Assembly (NCBI RefSeq): GCF_006345805.1
Contig: NC_043017.1
Location: 2,666,001 to 2,730,000, forward strand
DNA: 64,000 nt
DNA from: Octopus sinensis
Taxonomy: Eukaryota
Reading direction: 5' to 3'
Part shown: piece by piece, positions 1 through 13,762 of the stretch
Layout: every line of letters starts with the position of its first letter
How positions within the stretch are numbered: the stretch's first letter is position 1
The notes under the pieces: model-generated
Seen by the model: the letters and a program-made list of their open reading frames with translations, nothing else
What the model was told of the DNA's origin: nothing
Database searches by the model: none
Made by a program: the position numbers and the translations under genes

Positions 1-1415
1 GGTAACGAAAGGGTTAAGAATTGTTTCTCTGTTATATATTTTAACCTTGTCCAATTCACATCAGCTTGGAAAACAGGCATTAAATGATGATGATGATAGT
101 GATGGTGATCTTCATCATGTCCACAGACATTTTGACTCTAAGTTGTACCGAGGAAGCGCATTTTTTTTTTGTTGTTGTTGTTTTTGTTTTGTTTTGTTTT
201 CTGCCAACTGAACAACACTTACCAAATCTGCAAAACAAGAAAAAAAGTAAAAAGGTCCTGGTAAGCAGTGATTCCATAATCATGCGTTCTTTCAGTACGG
301 TTTGGTTCGTAGGAGCTCGGCTCAAGACGGAAGATGGAGCCTGTCTATGTTTGTATTTTATAATAACCATATCAATTAAAATAAAACAAAACACACACAC
401 ACACAAAGACAAAAAAACGAAAACCTATTAATTTATCAACAAGTAGCATCTAACATTAATTTACCATGGGTGTGTGTATGTGTGTGTGTGTGTAGATGGG
501 GGGTGGGATAGGAAAGTAGTGAAGCTTAGACCTGCTGAGATTTGAACACTGTTTATTAGGGTGGTGATGATGATGATAGTGGTGGGGGGTGGGGGTAAAC
601 ACAGAACTGTGTGTGCATTATGGAGAGTCTAAGGTTGTTTACTGTGGAGTATGGGAAAGACAGGACTGCTGTGTGCATTATGAAAACCAACTTTAATAGT
701 GTGCAAATAAGCATTCTCCTTTTCTTTTTTTTTATCATTTGTGTGCATAGTTTGGTGTAGTTTTCTGTATTCGTTTATGGATGTGTATGTGTGTATATTC
801 GTGTATGTATAAATATATATATACACACAAACACACATGCATCTACACAAGTACGTACACACTGTGTGTTTGTGGCCTGGGTGGGTTGTTCGGTAGAGCT
901 ATATGTAATTAGTGGAAAACATTTTCACTCTGCTTTTGTTGGATTTGGCTATGTAGTTAATTAAAAAGTGTATGATATAATGACATAGCTATCTAGCTAT
1001 AACTAGTTAGAAAGAAAGGAAGGAAGGAGAGAAGGAAGGAACAGATAACTAGTTATAATTCTCTCTCTCATTCTCTCTCTCTCTCTGTGCCCCATGCTTC
1101 TTCCTTCGTCGCCTCTCCCTCTTTCTTTCTCTCTCTCTCTCTCTCTAATGTTGTTCCTCAGAAGATTGGTCAAAGACTGCTGGAAAGAAAGAAAGAAAGA
1201 AAGAGGCAGAAAAAGGTAGTGACAGCAGTGTGTGTGTGGGGGGTGGTGGATGTTGGTTGGGGGGGGGGTGAGGTGAAGCGCTGGCGGAGGTAGCGAAACA
1301 GCTCATTAACTATTCTAGATTTGAAATCTATTTCACTCTGAGAGAGAGGGAGAGAGAGAAGATTCCTTCTATCCCCAAGTTATCTTTTAATGAGTTGCTG
1401 TCTCTAGAAACACTG

Positions 1416-1447
<32 letters not shown>

Positions 1448-2402
1448 ATACAATGTAATACACACACACACATTTACATACACACACAGGCATAAAGAAT
1501 AAAGAAAACAAAAGGGAAAAACTAGCCAATTAACTTAAAAATAATAGGTTAGAAGTAAGAGTTCAGACATAGGTCTTTTGGTGCACCATTTGAGGGGGGG
1601 GGCTGGGTCTTAATAACAGCCTCTACCTCTCTTTCTCTCCCCCTCCTCACTCTCTCTCTCTCTCCTTTTTCTGTATCTTTTTTTCTCTTTTCTTTATTTC
1701 TCTCCCTTAATTTCCTTAAGCTTCTCTCTCTGTCTTTCTCTGTTTCTCCTCTCACTCTCTTTCTTTCACTCATTGTCACCCATCACTCGTTCTCTCTCTC
1801 TCTCTCTTACTCCTACTCTCACTCCACTTCTACTCACACTCATAGCCATTCCTTCCCTTTAACTGCATTCATTCCCCCTTTTCTGGCTACAGCTACCCAT
1901 TCTAATCAAAATGTAAGGTGCATCCATACACGTGTGTGTGTGTGTGTGTGTGTTGTTCCAGTCTTTGGACTGTGGCAATGCTGGAGCAATGTCTTGTGGA
2001 ATTTTTCATCAAATGAATTGATCCCAGTACTTTTTATTTAATTTTTTTTTTTAATCTTTAAGCCTGGTATTTATTCTATTCTGTTGGTTCCTTTTGCTGC
2101 ACCGCTAAGTTATGGGGAAGTAAACACACTGGCACCAGATGTCAAGTTGTGGTGGGGACAAACACATACAAAGTCTCTCTCTCATACACACACACATACA
2201 CACACTCACACACATACATATATGACAGGCTTCTTTCAGTTTAACCCGTGCCAGCATGGAAAAAGGTCATTGAATGATGATGATAAGGATGATGGACCTT
2301 TATAGTCATTCGAAGTTTTAAAAAATCATACTTTTATAATTAAATATTATTTGGAATTATTTACATTGGATGACGGATATGTCATCATCTCATTTGTTGT
2401 TA

Positions 2403-2447
2403 CCACAACATTTCGGCTGGTTTACTCTCCAGCCTTCATCAGGTGTC
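2403..2447 (-). ncRNA. Type I minimal hammerhead ribozyme motif (inverted copy)
   Basis: Minus strand: gacac-CTGATGA-a-GGCTG-gagagtaaac-CAGCC-GAAA-tgtt-gtg; stem I CAC/GTG. Confidence 0.65.
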
Positions 2448-2605
2448 CTGATGGAATTTTGAACCCGACCCTGGGTTCTCATTCCGAAGGTATTTTTTGC
2501 TGATATTTATTCAAGGCACTGCCTGAAACTGAACTCGGAATCTTGAGGTTAGTAGCCCGCGCTCTTAACAACTATGCTATATGCCTGTGAGCAAAATTCC
2601 ACCAG

Positions 2606-2650
2606 GACATCTGATGACGGCTGGAGAGTAAATCAGCCGAAACATTGTAA
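2606..2650 (+). ncRNA. Type I minimal hammerhead ribozyme motif (Penelope-like)
   Basis: gacat-CTGATGA(2611-2617)-c-GGCTG-gagagtaaat-CAGCC-GAAAC(2639-2643)-att-gt. Stem III AACATT is probably a CpG-decayed AACGTT palindrome. Confidence 0.65.
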
Positions 2651-2990
2651 TAACAACAAACAAGATGAGGGCACATATCCATCCAATGTAAATAAAGTAT
2701 GGAAGTTCTCATTTTCACATTATAGAACAATATTTGGAATTGTATTTTTAAAAATGTTCGAATATTTTGTGTATTGTAAAAAAAAACCAATTTAATACAG
2801 ATAAATTTATCAACAGAATCTTATATGAACCCTTAAAGGCCATATGGACCCCGGTTGAAAACCACTGCCCTATAGCAATTTGTATGTAGTACACAGTATG
2901 TTGTTATAAAGGGTTATTTCCTCTGTGTGATGCGGGACTGGCGATTGTTTATATGGCTATGAAAATCACCCTGAAACAAAACTTAGATAT

Positions 2991-3168
2991 GTTTCGACCA
3001 AAGATTGGTCCAGGCCATGTCAAACTTAATAGCACCACCTGATAGGATTATCTAAATCCTGTTTAAGTTTTGTTTATGGTCCATTCAAGTTGTGAGTTCC
3101 TGTTGTGTGAGTTGTATCCAGGTATGGGTGGCTTATCTGGTATTCCTTGAAGAAATCTGTCCAGATTC
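2991..3168 (-). mobile_element. 5'-truncated CR1 LINE 3' end
   Basis: Aligns by eye to 25845-26012 (caggccatgt..aacttaatagcaccacctg; ttgaag.aatctgtcca). Minus strand encodes NLDRFLQGIPDKPPIPGY, a CR1 ORF2 C-terminus. Confidence 0.85.
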
Positions 3169-3175
3169 CGTTTAA

Positions 3176-3406
3176 CCCTTTAGCATTTAAACTGGCCATA
3201 TCCGGCCCAAATTTTCTACTCTCTTTCATGTTCAAACCATCCGGATCTGACCTCTCACTCATATCCTACAATGACATCCTCAAAATAAACCATCACTTCA
3301 TCAAATTCTCAGAACTACAAGATAATACAAGATAATCCAGGATTAATTCAAAACAATGTGAATGAAAAAGCATTATATTTGACAGAGTAATCTGAACACC
3401 AAAGGG
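3176..3406. mobile_element. piggyBac-type MITE, same family, opposite orientation
   Basis: TTAA|CCCTTTAGCATT ... AAAGGG. Further copies or fragments at about 5070-5227, 5445-5670, 9450-10015 (split by a SINE), 13310-13490, 49188-49290, 57860-58745 (tandem), 59130-59183 and 61633-61700. Confidence 0.8.
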
Positions 3407-4142
3407 TTTAAGGTAATGGGATCCTTTTCCTCTTTAATCTGTTTTGGGACAATGGTTAAACAGGGCAGGGTCTGTTGAGGAAAAGAAATTAAGTCGCAGT
3501 GTACCTATATGTTGTGGGGTTTTTTTTTAGATTTGGTGCAGCTACAGAGCATTTTGGACCAGTAATGTCTACCTTCTGGTTCTGATGTTTACGGCCCAGT
3601 GGCACTGATGGGTCGCAATGGTTCGTTGTGTATACACATGTCCTCTCTTTCAATAATTAACTTATTCATGTTTGCTGTACAGTGCTGGGAGTTAATTAAT
3701 AACCCTGAGAGAGTTCTGTTTAATTTCTCCTTCTTTCAATGTTATGCTATAGTAGTCTTTGCCGTGTCTGGTGCTTGTGGTGGGGTGGGGTGGTGTGGGG
3801 GTGGGGTTGGAGGTAGACCTGGTGGCGTTTTCAGATCTGGAAGTGGTTGTGTTTTGGGGATGTTAGATATTAAAAAGTGACAATACTTCTGTTACCTGTG
3901 TTTGTTTATGAACAACCTTTTTAATCAAGCTCTCTAATCCTCCCCCCCCCCCCACCATGCCTTCTCATTTAATTCTTCCCTTTCTTTTCACTGTCTCTGC
4001 TCACAGACACCCTCCCCCCCTTTCTCTCAGATGAATCACTTTAACAAACTATACTCTCCCCACTACCACCACTTCCTCTACTCCCCCTCACCACCACCAC
4101 CGCCACCCTTTGGTTCCTATGAACTTATAATAAATATGAACA

Positions 4143-4181
<39 letters not shown>

Positions 4182-6019
4182 CACTCTTCCACCCATCCAA
4201 CTCCCCCCTCCACTCCACCACATCCAGATGAGCTGATCCTTCTCAAATTACCTATTAGGGGAGATTTCCACGTCCTGAATGTCTCTTGGTTCCTTTTACC
4301 CACTTCTTACTTTTCATTGCCACCCTTCTGTTTGGATGAGTCTCTCTCTCTCTCTCTCTACCCCCTCTCTCTCTCTCAGTCTGTGTGTATGTGTCTCTCC
4401 TTCTCTATATGTGTACGTAAGAGAGCAAAGCAGCCTCACTCACTTTGTATGTGCGTGTACTTTTATACATACAACTCTTTCTCTCTCTCTCTCTCTCTGC
4501 AAGACTGGGTGTATATACATACATATATATATATATATGATATACATACATTGTCTCTCTCTCTCTCTCTCTCTCTCTCCTTCATACATGGCCTCCCCCA
4601 CTGTTCATTATCGACAATTTTATCTCTTCCAAGCCATGCTTCTTTATATGAAATACAATATCTTGCTATCTCCATTTTCTTCTACACCCAACAATAAAAA
4701 CTACCAATTTCCTTACTCCATAACACACACACACACACACACACACAACCTCTCTCTCTCACTCTCTCTCTCTCTCTCTCTCCCCCTCTCTCTCGTTCGG
4801 TGTGTATGTAATTTGGTGTAAGTTGCTTGTTTTGTTAGTTTCATCATTGACTTAGTCATGTTTATAATCTTCCTCTTAGTGAAAGACTAGTCTTAGCTGC
4901 TTATTTTGTTGTTTTTAAACACAGAGAAAGACCCCTCTTAGATTCCTATGTTGTTGTTCGACCCCAGACCAGCCCTCTACGAACAAAAAAATCCCATGAT
5001 CAAAAGCCATTCCATTCATGACCATCCTGTATGAAAAGTACTCTTTCAATCTGATGTACTCGCTGTGTTTTGAATTCATCTCGTAGCTTTGAGATTTTGA
5101 TGGTGTGATTTAATTTTAGAATGACATTGTAGTCTAGGTGTGATGGGCCAGATGTGGCCAGTGTGAACTTAAAGAAAAAGAATAGTTGGGTTGCCTGATA
5201 TGGCTGATTTAAATGCTAAAGGATTAATATATCCTTTCTTCTATGAAGATTTTTGTACGGTTACTGGGATACACGGCTATTGTTTCTGGCAACCATGTGA
5301 TTGTAGTGCAGTTGCTGGGATACTTGACTGTTATTTCTAGCAGCTGAGTGACCTTGTAGAAGTTCCCTCCATATGTGTGTTGTATGAGTGTAAAATTCTA
5401 TCGAAGGCATTTTTGCCTTTCCATTCTTCCTATGATCAATTGATCTTTTAGCATTTAAACCAGTTATAACTGGCCCAGATATTCTACCAGTTTTATGTTC
5501 AAGCCGACCAGATCCAGCCTCTCACACCTACCCTACAATGTTATTCTATAAATAAACTGTCACATCATTGAAGTCTTGAAGATAAAAGACAATTCCTGGT
5601 TACTTCAAAACAATGTGCATTAAGGGAACATTACATCTGACGGGGTAATCTGAATGCTGAAGGGGTTTTAGCCTAACTCTGGATCATTAAACGATGATGT
5701 GTGTGAGTAATTACAGGTATGTTTAGACATATAGCTAAGGCATTTCCACATGGGGGGACAATAAGAAAACAAGGGGTACCCAACTTAATCTAAAGACTGT
5801 ATTTATATTTGATACATTTCTCTTCTTTTTATCCAATCTATACCTGTTATTGTTGTTACCTGTCCTCCTCCTACTACCTCTGGCTCTACTTAGAATATCT
5901 ACTTCCACTACCACCCACCCTTTGACTCATACTGCTGCTGTTCCCCTTCTGCTACCCCCTTTTTACCCCCATCAATTCTGATTTGCTTTCCTTCTTCCCC
6001 TTTCCTTTCTCCTTGACTT

Positions 6020-6480
6020 ACCTTGTTTTTTACCACCACTTACTTTACCTTGATCATTACTACTACTTCTACCAGCACCACCACCACTATCAGTTCTACT
6101 ACTACCACCACTGCTACAACTACTGCAACCACTAGCATCACCCTACAACCACCACCACTAACACCCTATTTCCACTACCACCACTACTACTACTGCAACC
6201 ACCATCACCACGCTACCACCACCACAATCACCTTACTACCACTATTACCACCACCACCACCACCACCACAACTAACACAATCCCTGACACCACTGCCACC
6301 ACCCTCACTAACACCTTATTTCCACCACCACTACTACTGCTACTACCACAACTACTACCGCCACCACCACCTCCACCACAACTAAAAGGATCCCTGACAC
6401 CACCGCCACCACCACCTCCACCACAACTAAAAGGATCCCTGACACCACCGCCACCACTACCACCACCACCACCACCGCCA
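6020..6480 (+). repeat. (CCA)n/(CTA)n low-complexity region with a 45-bp tandem duplication
   Basis: ccgccaccaccacctccaccacaactaaaaggatccctgacacca occurs twice at about 6358-6450. Confidence 0.85.
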
Positions 6481-6607
6481 GCACAGGCATTATTTAATTT
6501 CCTGACCAGCTTTCTTAAAAGTGTGTTCAGATTTATTTACTTATTTTTCTAATCTGTTTAATCAAATGATTTCATTTATACCATCTGTGTAGTTTACTGC
6601 TGCTTCT

Positions 6608-6642
<35 letters not shown>

Positions 6643-6830
6643 TAGTAGTATTTTAGTTAAAGTCTGGACAATGTTTAAAACTGTTCTCTCTCTCTTTCTT
6701 TGTCCTTCTTCTCTCCACCACAAACACCTTATGTCTTTTCTTTTCTTTTCTTCCTTTATTCTCTCATTCTTTCTTTCTCTCTTTTTCTTTCCACTGTTTT
6801 TTTTTGGATTACTTTTGCAATTATTTGAAA

Positions 6831-7224
6831 CTAGCAGTATCGCCCGGCGTTGCTCGGGTTTGTTTCGATCCTTTAGAATTAGAATTTTTGAAAAGTAAAA
6901 ATTTTGCATTATGTATCTTGTTATTCTCTTTAAGTGAACATTTTTCTGGTTGAAATACACCGAAAAATGGCGACACAGCAGTAAAAAAATCGTTAAAAAA
7001 TAGGGATTTTCATAGGAAAAAAAGCACCTTTTTGATGTAAATAATTTTTGGTGTTAACATGGTCCGATTTTAATTTTTTCTTCTACGGAAGGAAGAGCAA
7101 GCCTTCTTCTATCATACTCTAAATTTTGGTCAATTTGCGCTGCAGGGTCTCGGAGGAGATAGTGTTAGTTGAAGGCTACCAAACCTGCCATACACAGACA
7201 ACTTCAGCTTTATATAGAGAGAGA
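6831..7224 (-). mobile_element. Non-autonomous Helitron
   Basis: On minus it starts TC (TCTCTCTCTATATAAAG) after A and ends CTAG before T, with a subterminal GC hairpin CCCG-AGCAACGC-CGGG. No TSD. Confidence 0.85.
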
Positions 7225-7675
7225 TTTTTTCTTAAAAAAAATTTATTTTCTTTACTTTTTAACTTTGTTCTGTCAAATCTGCTTCTGTCTCTATCTTTTT
7301 TCCATGGCCCTCACCTCCTACATTTTGTATCGACAACATTACAGTAAGTTTGTGTATACATATACGTTTACTTCTATAAGTAATCTTTTTAATATGTTTA
7401 TATATTTAATAATTTTGTCGACTGGGACTTCGAAGGTTCAATGGTTGTCATCAATGAAATTATTAAAAATATTAGGCTTTACATTTGAACCCTTTTATTC
7501 AATAACTGTACGGGTTTTATACATATAAAACCAGCTTATACATATTATTATCCATATTGTTATGGGCTCAGTTCTACTGCCTGGCACTCTGGGCAGTTAT
7601 ATTCTACTATGGACTTAGGCTGACTGAAGTCTTGTGATTGGATTTGCTAGGCAGAAACTAAAAGGGTCATACATG

Positions 7676-7707
<32 letters not shown>

Positions 7708-9649
7708 CACACATACACACACACATATACATACATACACGTGTGTATGTGTGTGCTTGGGCCTCATCTTGACATCTCATGATAGTTGTAAACGAGTGTC
7801 ACCTTCATACAAGTGGTATCGTTTGTTTCCAGTCGTTCATAAAAGCAAGGATTGGGTCATGGTGAAATATTGACCTCTCCTAGAAACAAATAAAAGTTGA
7901 CCCCAAGAAGGACATCAGATGAAATCTCCATTCACAAACTCTGTGTAACCCATGCAAATATGAAAGCTACATATCATCATTATCATCGTTTAATGTCCGT
8001 TTTTGATGCTAGCATGGGTTGGATGGTTCAACCAGGGTCTGGGAAGCCAGGAGGCTGCACCAAAATCCAGTCTGATCTGGTAGTGTATCTACAGCTGGAT
8101 GCCATTCCTAACACCAACCACTACGTGAGTGTAGTGGGTGCTTTTTACGTGCCACCAGCACAGGGGCCAGAGGAGGCTGGCAATGGCCACGATTGGTTGG
8201 TGCCTTTTACATGCCACCGGCACAGAAGCCAGTCAATGTAGCGCTGGCATCGGCCACATTCAGATGGTGCTTTTTACATACCACCGGTACGGGTATCACA
8301 ACTACAATTTCCATTTGATTTTTATTTTGATGTTGATATACTTGACTCAATAGGTCTCCTCAAGCACAGCAGGTCACCCTAGTGAGAGAGAGAGACAGGT
8401 GTGAGTGGATGCATGTGTGTGTCTCATTATAAGAGATGGTTCCTTTCTTTAGTAAACATTCATACCTTCTAAAAGACCCTCGTTCGGTGATGGTTATTTC
8501 TTGCTTTCATTTCCCCTATCCATGTCGTTCTCCTATTAAACATTTGTCTTTGTGTCAGTTACTTTCTAAATTAGGTTCTCAGTTTGATACAGACTATATT
8601 TCTCCTTGAGGTCATTGCGCTCACTTTGCTAACAACACCCCTGTACCTGAAGTGAGTTAGCTCTATTGTCTCTCCCTAAACCTTTTTTTTCCTCCCTACT
8701 TAGCAGCTGACTATAGAACAAGGTGCCCTGGAAAAGCCCTCAACAAATGCTCTGCTTGGTAATAACTGTTTAGTTTTAGTTAAAAACTTACAGTTCCTTC
8801 ACTAAGAAGGACATTGATGGTTTCATACTTTGGCACCAACCCAAAGAACATCTTAACTAAACTATTTCTCAGATTGTGTCTGTAAACTAGTTCTATAATT
8901 GTTGTGTGTCTGTGTAAGTGCATACATATATATATATATATGCATGCAAGTGTATATACATATTTCCCCTTCTCTCTCACTCTTATACACACAATTAAAA
9001 CCTCATAAACAAAAAGTTATGAGATTTAGCCTAATCAATATCTCTGTATTCCACCCCCAACACCTTCGTCCCCCACCACAACTACAGTCTCCCCCTTCGC
9101 CACCCTGCCACACACATACCAAAACTATATTTACAATGTGGAAATTTATTCCTTTCCCCTCGTACAAAAAAAAAAGAAAAAGAAAGAGAAAAAAAATCAA
9201 TATAATAAAGTTGCAAAACCCATTTTGCTCAACCTAATTAGTAAGCGGTTTAATTGGCCCACTTGTCTTGAATAAACCTTAACAATGGTCTAAGTTAGTT
9301 AACCTGTCGTTTGTTCCCTTCCCCCTGCCCTGCCTCCACCCCCGGCCCCTCTGTGTTAATTAGATGTTAATTAGATACAAATATAAGGCTGCTAGCTGCA
9401 AATATATCTCCTCTCTGGTTACTTTGATGTGTTCTTGTGAATACAGCTTAACTCTGTTGTTTTCCAATTACTCTGTCAAACGAAATGCTTATTTATTCAC
9501 ATCGTTTTGAATTAATCATGTATTATCTCATAGCTTCGAGATTATGATGTTGTGATTGTTTATTTTTAAAGCAACATTTTCGGGTAGATGTAAGAGGTTG
9601 GACCTGGCCAGTTCGAACATAGAACAGGTGAAATGTTTTGGCTTGGATT

Positions 9650-9978
9650 AAGACCACCTCTGGTCATGAATGACCATGGGATTGCACCTAGAAAGTTACT
9701 CTTCGAGGTACAAGTCTGAGCAACATTGTTTTTGTGGAAGATCAGCAGTCGCCCATGCACACCAGCCTCCCTTCTTTGTGCCACCAATGTTATCCAAGGG
9801 AAAGGCAAAGGGGCCGATATAGCTGTGATGTTGCAACTCCTTTCTACAGCTGAGTGAACTGGAGCAATGTGAAATAAAGTGTCTCGCTCAAGAACACAAT
9901 ACACAGCCCGGTCCAGGAATCGAACTCACTACCTCATGATTGTGAGCTCAATGCTCTAACCACTGAGCCATGCGCCTT
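9650..9978 (-). mobile_element. tRNA-derived SINE family D
   Basis: Minus strand: GGCGCATGGCTCAGTGGTTAGAGC...GAGTTCGATTCCTGGACCGGGCTGTGTATTGTGTTCTTGAGC. Copies at about 10930-11150, 50180-50450 and 59645-59988; related head at 63327-63620. Confidence 0.85.
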
Positions 9979-11348
9979 GGGTTGGATAGGGTCAGTTTAA
10001 ATGCTAAACAGTTAAATCACATAAGCTCATGTGTGTGTGAAACTGTCTGAGTATAAAAGCTTTTTTCCTTATTCTAAACGGTTCCTGCAGACTTGAAGAA
10101 TCCTCAGCTGTCCTTCTTTCATTGCTGGCATGAGTTTGATGGGTCTCTGATGGGTCCCTTCATCTCAACGCTTGTTTGGGGCCCCTGATTCCATGTGGCT
10201 CATTCCCAGTGGTAGTGGAAGGGAAAGAAGCATGAAGAGACTTATTTACATAAAGAATTCTGACAGGAAGTGGAATGCAAAGGAAGCTAATGAATGAATA
10301 AACATAATTAAAAGTTAATTAATTACATAATGTTACACACACTACACACACACACACAGCAAAGTAGGGGCTTATGTGTAACAAGACTTCATTTGACTAA
10401 CGAGGAAACACACATTCATACACATATACATGCATACAAACACACACACATATGCGTATACAAGATGTAGATGAAATTTGTGGATTTGTTAACATCTGGA
10501 GGAAGAAATGGTTTTGTCTGAAGTTGTTCCGTGCTGTGAATTTGATGGGAAGAGGTGATGGGCCAGTGTAGGTTGGTGTTTTTGTTGTGGATGAGCCAGA
10601 AGGATTATCAGAAGATACACAGCATGGCTGAATAATTAACAAATTTGCATTGCAAACAGAGCAGTCTGAGTTCGATTCCACTGCATGGCTTCTTGGGGGG
10701 AAATATTTTACCCATAGCCCTTTTTTTTTTTCGGCTTAAGCACTAATCATCATCGTCATTTAACATCTGTTTTCCACACTGGCATGGGTGGATAGGCAGA
10801 TGATTGCACCAGGCTTCACTGTCTGTTTTGACAGGGTTCTTTTCTGTCTGAATGTCCTCCCTAACATCAACCATTTCACTGGCTAAAAACGGTATGGACA
10901 TCTGTTGTCTTGTTCTTATAAGCTGTGAGGATGCCTGGCTTAGTGCTTAGAATGTTGTGCTCACGATTGTTAGATCATGGTTTCAGTTCCTAGACCGGGT
11001 GGTGTGTTCATCTCACATTGCTCTGCTCTGCAATCACTTTGACACCTGACACATGGTACACACGCACATGTTCAAAGTATTTCAATTTGATGAAGGGTGT
11101 GAGCTAATGTACAGCACATCCATTTGATCACTATAAGCAAATTCTTTTTTTACCCATTGCCCTCTGTTGACCCATGGACTGTGATTAAATTTTGATGAAC
11201 AGTATGTCTATTTGCCTAGCTAGGTTCAATTCAATATTTACCTATGAAGTGTGTGTATCTATGTACATACATATATATAAACTCGTTTATGATAGATTGT
11301 TTATGTGAATGTGTATATATATCTGTCTTTCTAATGTCTCTTATTTGC

Positions 11349-11572
11349 TCTTTTACTTGTTTCAGTCATTTGACTGCAGCCATACTGGAGCACTGCCTTT
11401 AGTCGAGCAAATCCACCCCAGGACTTATTCTTCGTAAGCCTAGTGCTTATTCTATCGGTCTCTTTTGCCGAACCACTAAATTACAGGGACGTAGACACGC
11501 CACCATCGTATGTCAAGCGATGGTGGGGGACAAACACATACATATATATACATACACACACACACATATATC

Positions 11573-11610
<38 letters not shown>

Positions 11611-11777
11611 CGATGGGCTTCTTTCAGTTTCCGTCTACCAAATGCACTCACAAGGCTTTGGTCGGCCCGAGGTTATAGTAGAAGACACTTGCCCAAGGTG
11701 CCACACAGTGGGACTGATCCCGGAACCATGTGGCTGGTAAAGAAGCTGCTTACCACACAGCCACTCCTGCACCTATA
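11349..11777 (-). mobile_element. tRNA-derived SINE, family A (internal (TA)n, CR1-like tail), full length
   Basis: Head GGTGCAGGAGTGGCTGTGTGGTAAG...GGCACCTTGGGCAAGTGTCTT; tail GGCAGTGCTCCAGTATGGCTGCAGTCAAATGACTGAAACAAGTAAAAGA. Other copies at about 1955-2240, 15100-15235, 20035-20580, 25505-25785, 54502-54630, 61027-61400, 61707-61820, 62560-62915 and 63782-64000. Confidence 0.9.
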
Positions 11778-13055
11778 TTTACCTGTGTATTTATCTCTCG
11801 ATCTAGCAATATTTCGTCTGTCTTTGCGTTCTGAGGTCAGTGTAATCAACTACACCCCCTCGCCCAAATTTCCAGCCCTTGTGCTTTTAGTAGAAAGGAT
11901 TATCATTATTATTATCGTTGTCTTGAAATGGTGCTTATAATGTCTAATAGAGGAGAAAGATTCGTCCAAAATGACAGTCTTTGTCTTTTAGTCCATTCCA
12001 CCACTTTGCACATTTTGATCAACTCATCAATTTATTTATCACACACACACACACACATATGCATGCATACATACACACAGGCATATACACACACACACAT
12101 GCATGCATGCATACACACACACATATATGATCAATGGGGAGTATAATGAAATGTTGTGTGTTTTGTACCTAAAACGCAAGCTAGACTGCAATGAATGGTG
12201 ATGATGGTAGTGATGATGATGATACTTTTGCTGTGGTTTGCAGTAAAAGACTTTCTTCCATTTCATCTGGCATCTGTCAGGAAATGAAAGTCTGTCTGTC
12301 TAGCAGAATACAGTCCAAAGCTGCCGCCGCCACCGACACCACCACCACCGCCTCATCCTGCGTCTCCCCCTCTTTCTCTCCTTTATCATACCTCCTACTT
12401 TATTCCTCTCTCTCTCTCTCTCTCTCCACTCAAATGTTTACTTCCTTTTAGCACATGCTTCTACCTCTTCTCACTGCTACTACTGCTGTCAGCATCCTCA
12501 TCTTCCTTTTTTCTCTTCTCCCTATTTCCCCACCCTCACCTCTCACCCACCCCACCCCTGCCACTTCTTGTTCTGATTTTAAATATTGATTGCTTAAAGC
12601 ACAAAGTAAACATGTCTGCAATTAAAATGGACCCTGTGTATTACTGGTACTTTATTCAGGACAATGTGGTTGTCTTAACTTGCTAGAAATAACAGTACAT
12701 TAAACCTCACCACTGTTTTTTGTTTTTTTTTGTTTTTAGAAACAAACATTAAACCTTTTGTTGCCAACCCACCCGAAACTACCCCAGGTACTTTGATTTA
12801 GACCTGGGGCAGTTACCAGGTACTTTGATATGGACTTTAAAGTTTTAAAGGGGTCTAAATTGTAATCATTCATCAAAATTTTAGGCTAATTTGCTCCAGA
12901 CCTCAGCTTAATGATCAGAAATTTATTTACTAAATTCTTCATTATAGGCACAAGTGTGGGTGTGTGATAAGAAGCTTGTTTCCCAATCACAGGGTTCCAG
13001 GTTCAGTCCCCAGTCAAACCGTCTAACCCATGCAAGCATGGAAAACGGACGTTAA

Positions 13056-13276
13056 CCTTTTAGTGTTCAGATTACTCTGTTAAATGTAATACTTTTTCAC
13101 TCAAATTGTTATGAATGAATCATGCATTACCTTATAGCTTTGAGGTTTCAATGATGTGATTGTTTATTTTTAGAATGTCAATGTAGGTTAGGTGTGAGAG
13201 GCTAGATATGGCCAGTTTGAATATAAAACATGTAGAATATATTGGGCTGGATGTAGCCGGTTTAAACACTAAAGGG
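13056..13276. mobile_element. piggyBac-type MITE (~230 bp family)
   Basis: TTAA|CCTTTT ... AAAGGG|TTAA; inserted into the TTAA of a SINE tail (ggacg-TTAA-acaatgatgatg), which confirms the TTAA target duplication. Confidence 0.85.
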
Positions 13277-13683
13277 TTAAACAATGATGATGCTATTCTT
13301 AGTTGTTCCCATTGTTTTGAATTGCTCATGATTTATTTCTCGTAGCTTTAAGGTTTTTCTAATATGATTCTTTAATTTTGGAATGAGATTGTAGAACAGG
13401 TGTGTGACTGGCTAGATAGATCTGGCTAATGTGAACATAGAACATTTAGAATCTTTGGACAGGATATGACTGCTTTAAATGCTGAAGCAGTAAAACAGTA
13501 AATTTGTGTCATGGACCTGGCATGGTCCCTGATGGGGGTGGTATGGAATGGGTTTAAAGTGCAAAAAGTCCAAATATCTTGAAACTGTTTCATTTGATTG
13601 GCAAGAAGAAGAGATTGGCAGATTTGTTTGGGTGGGACGCAAAATGTTCCCAAATTGAAAATTAACATGCTGCTCTGCGTATT

Positions 13684-13725
<42 letters not shown>

Positions 13726-13727
13726 TG

Positions 13728-13761
<34 letters not shown>

Positions 13762-13762
13762 T

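Larger units (their letters stand above)
2357..2695 (-). mobile_element. tRNA-headed element with Penelope-type pseudo-LTR arms, each carrying a hammerhead motif
   Basis: Inverted arms at 2357-2461 and 2592-2695. Each has CTGATGA-N-GGCTG-loop-CAGCC-GAAA. A tRNA-like A/B-box head lies on minus at about 2515-2585. Confidence 0.75.
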
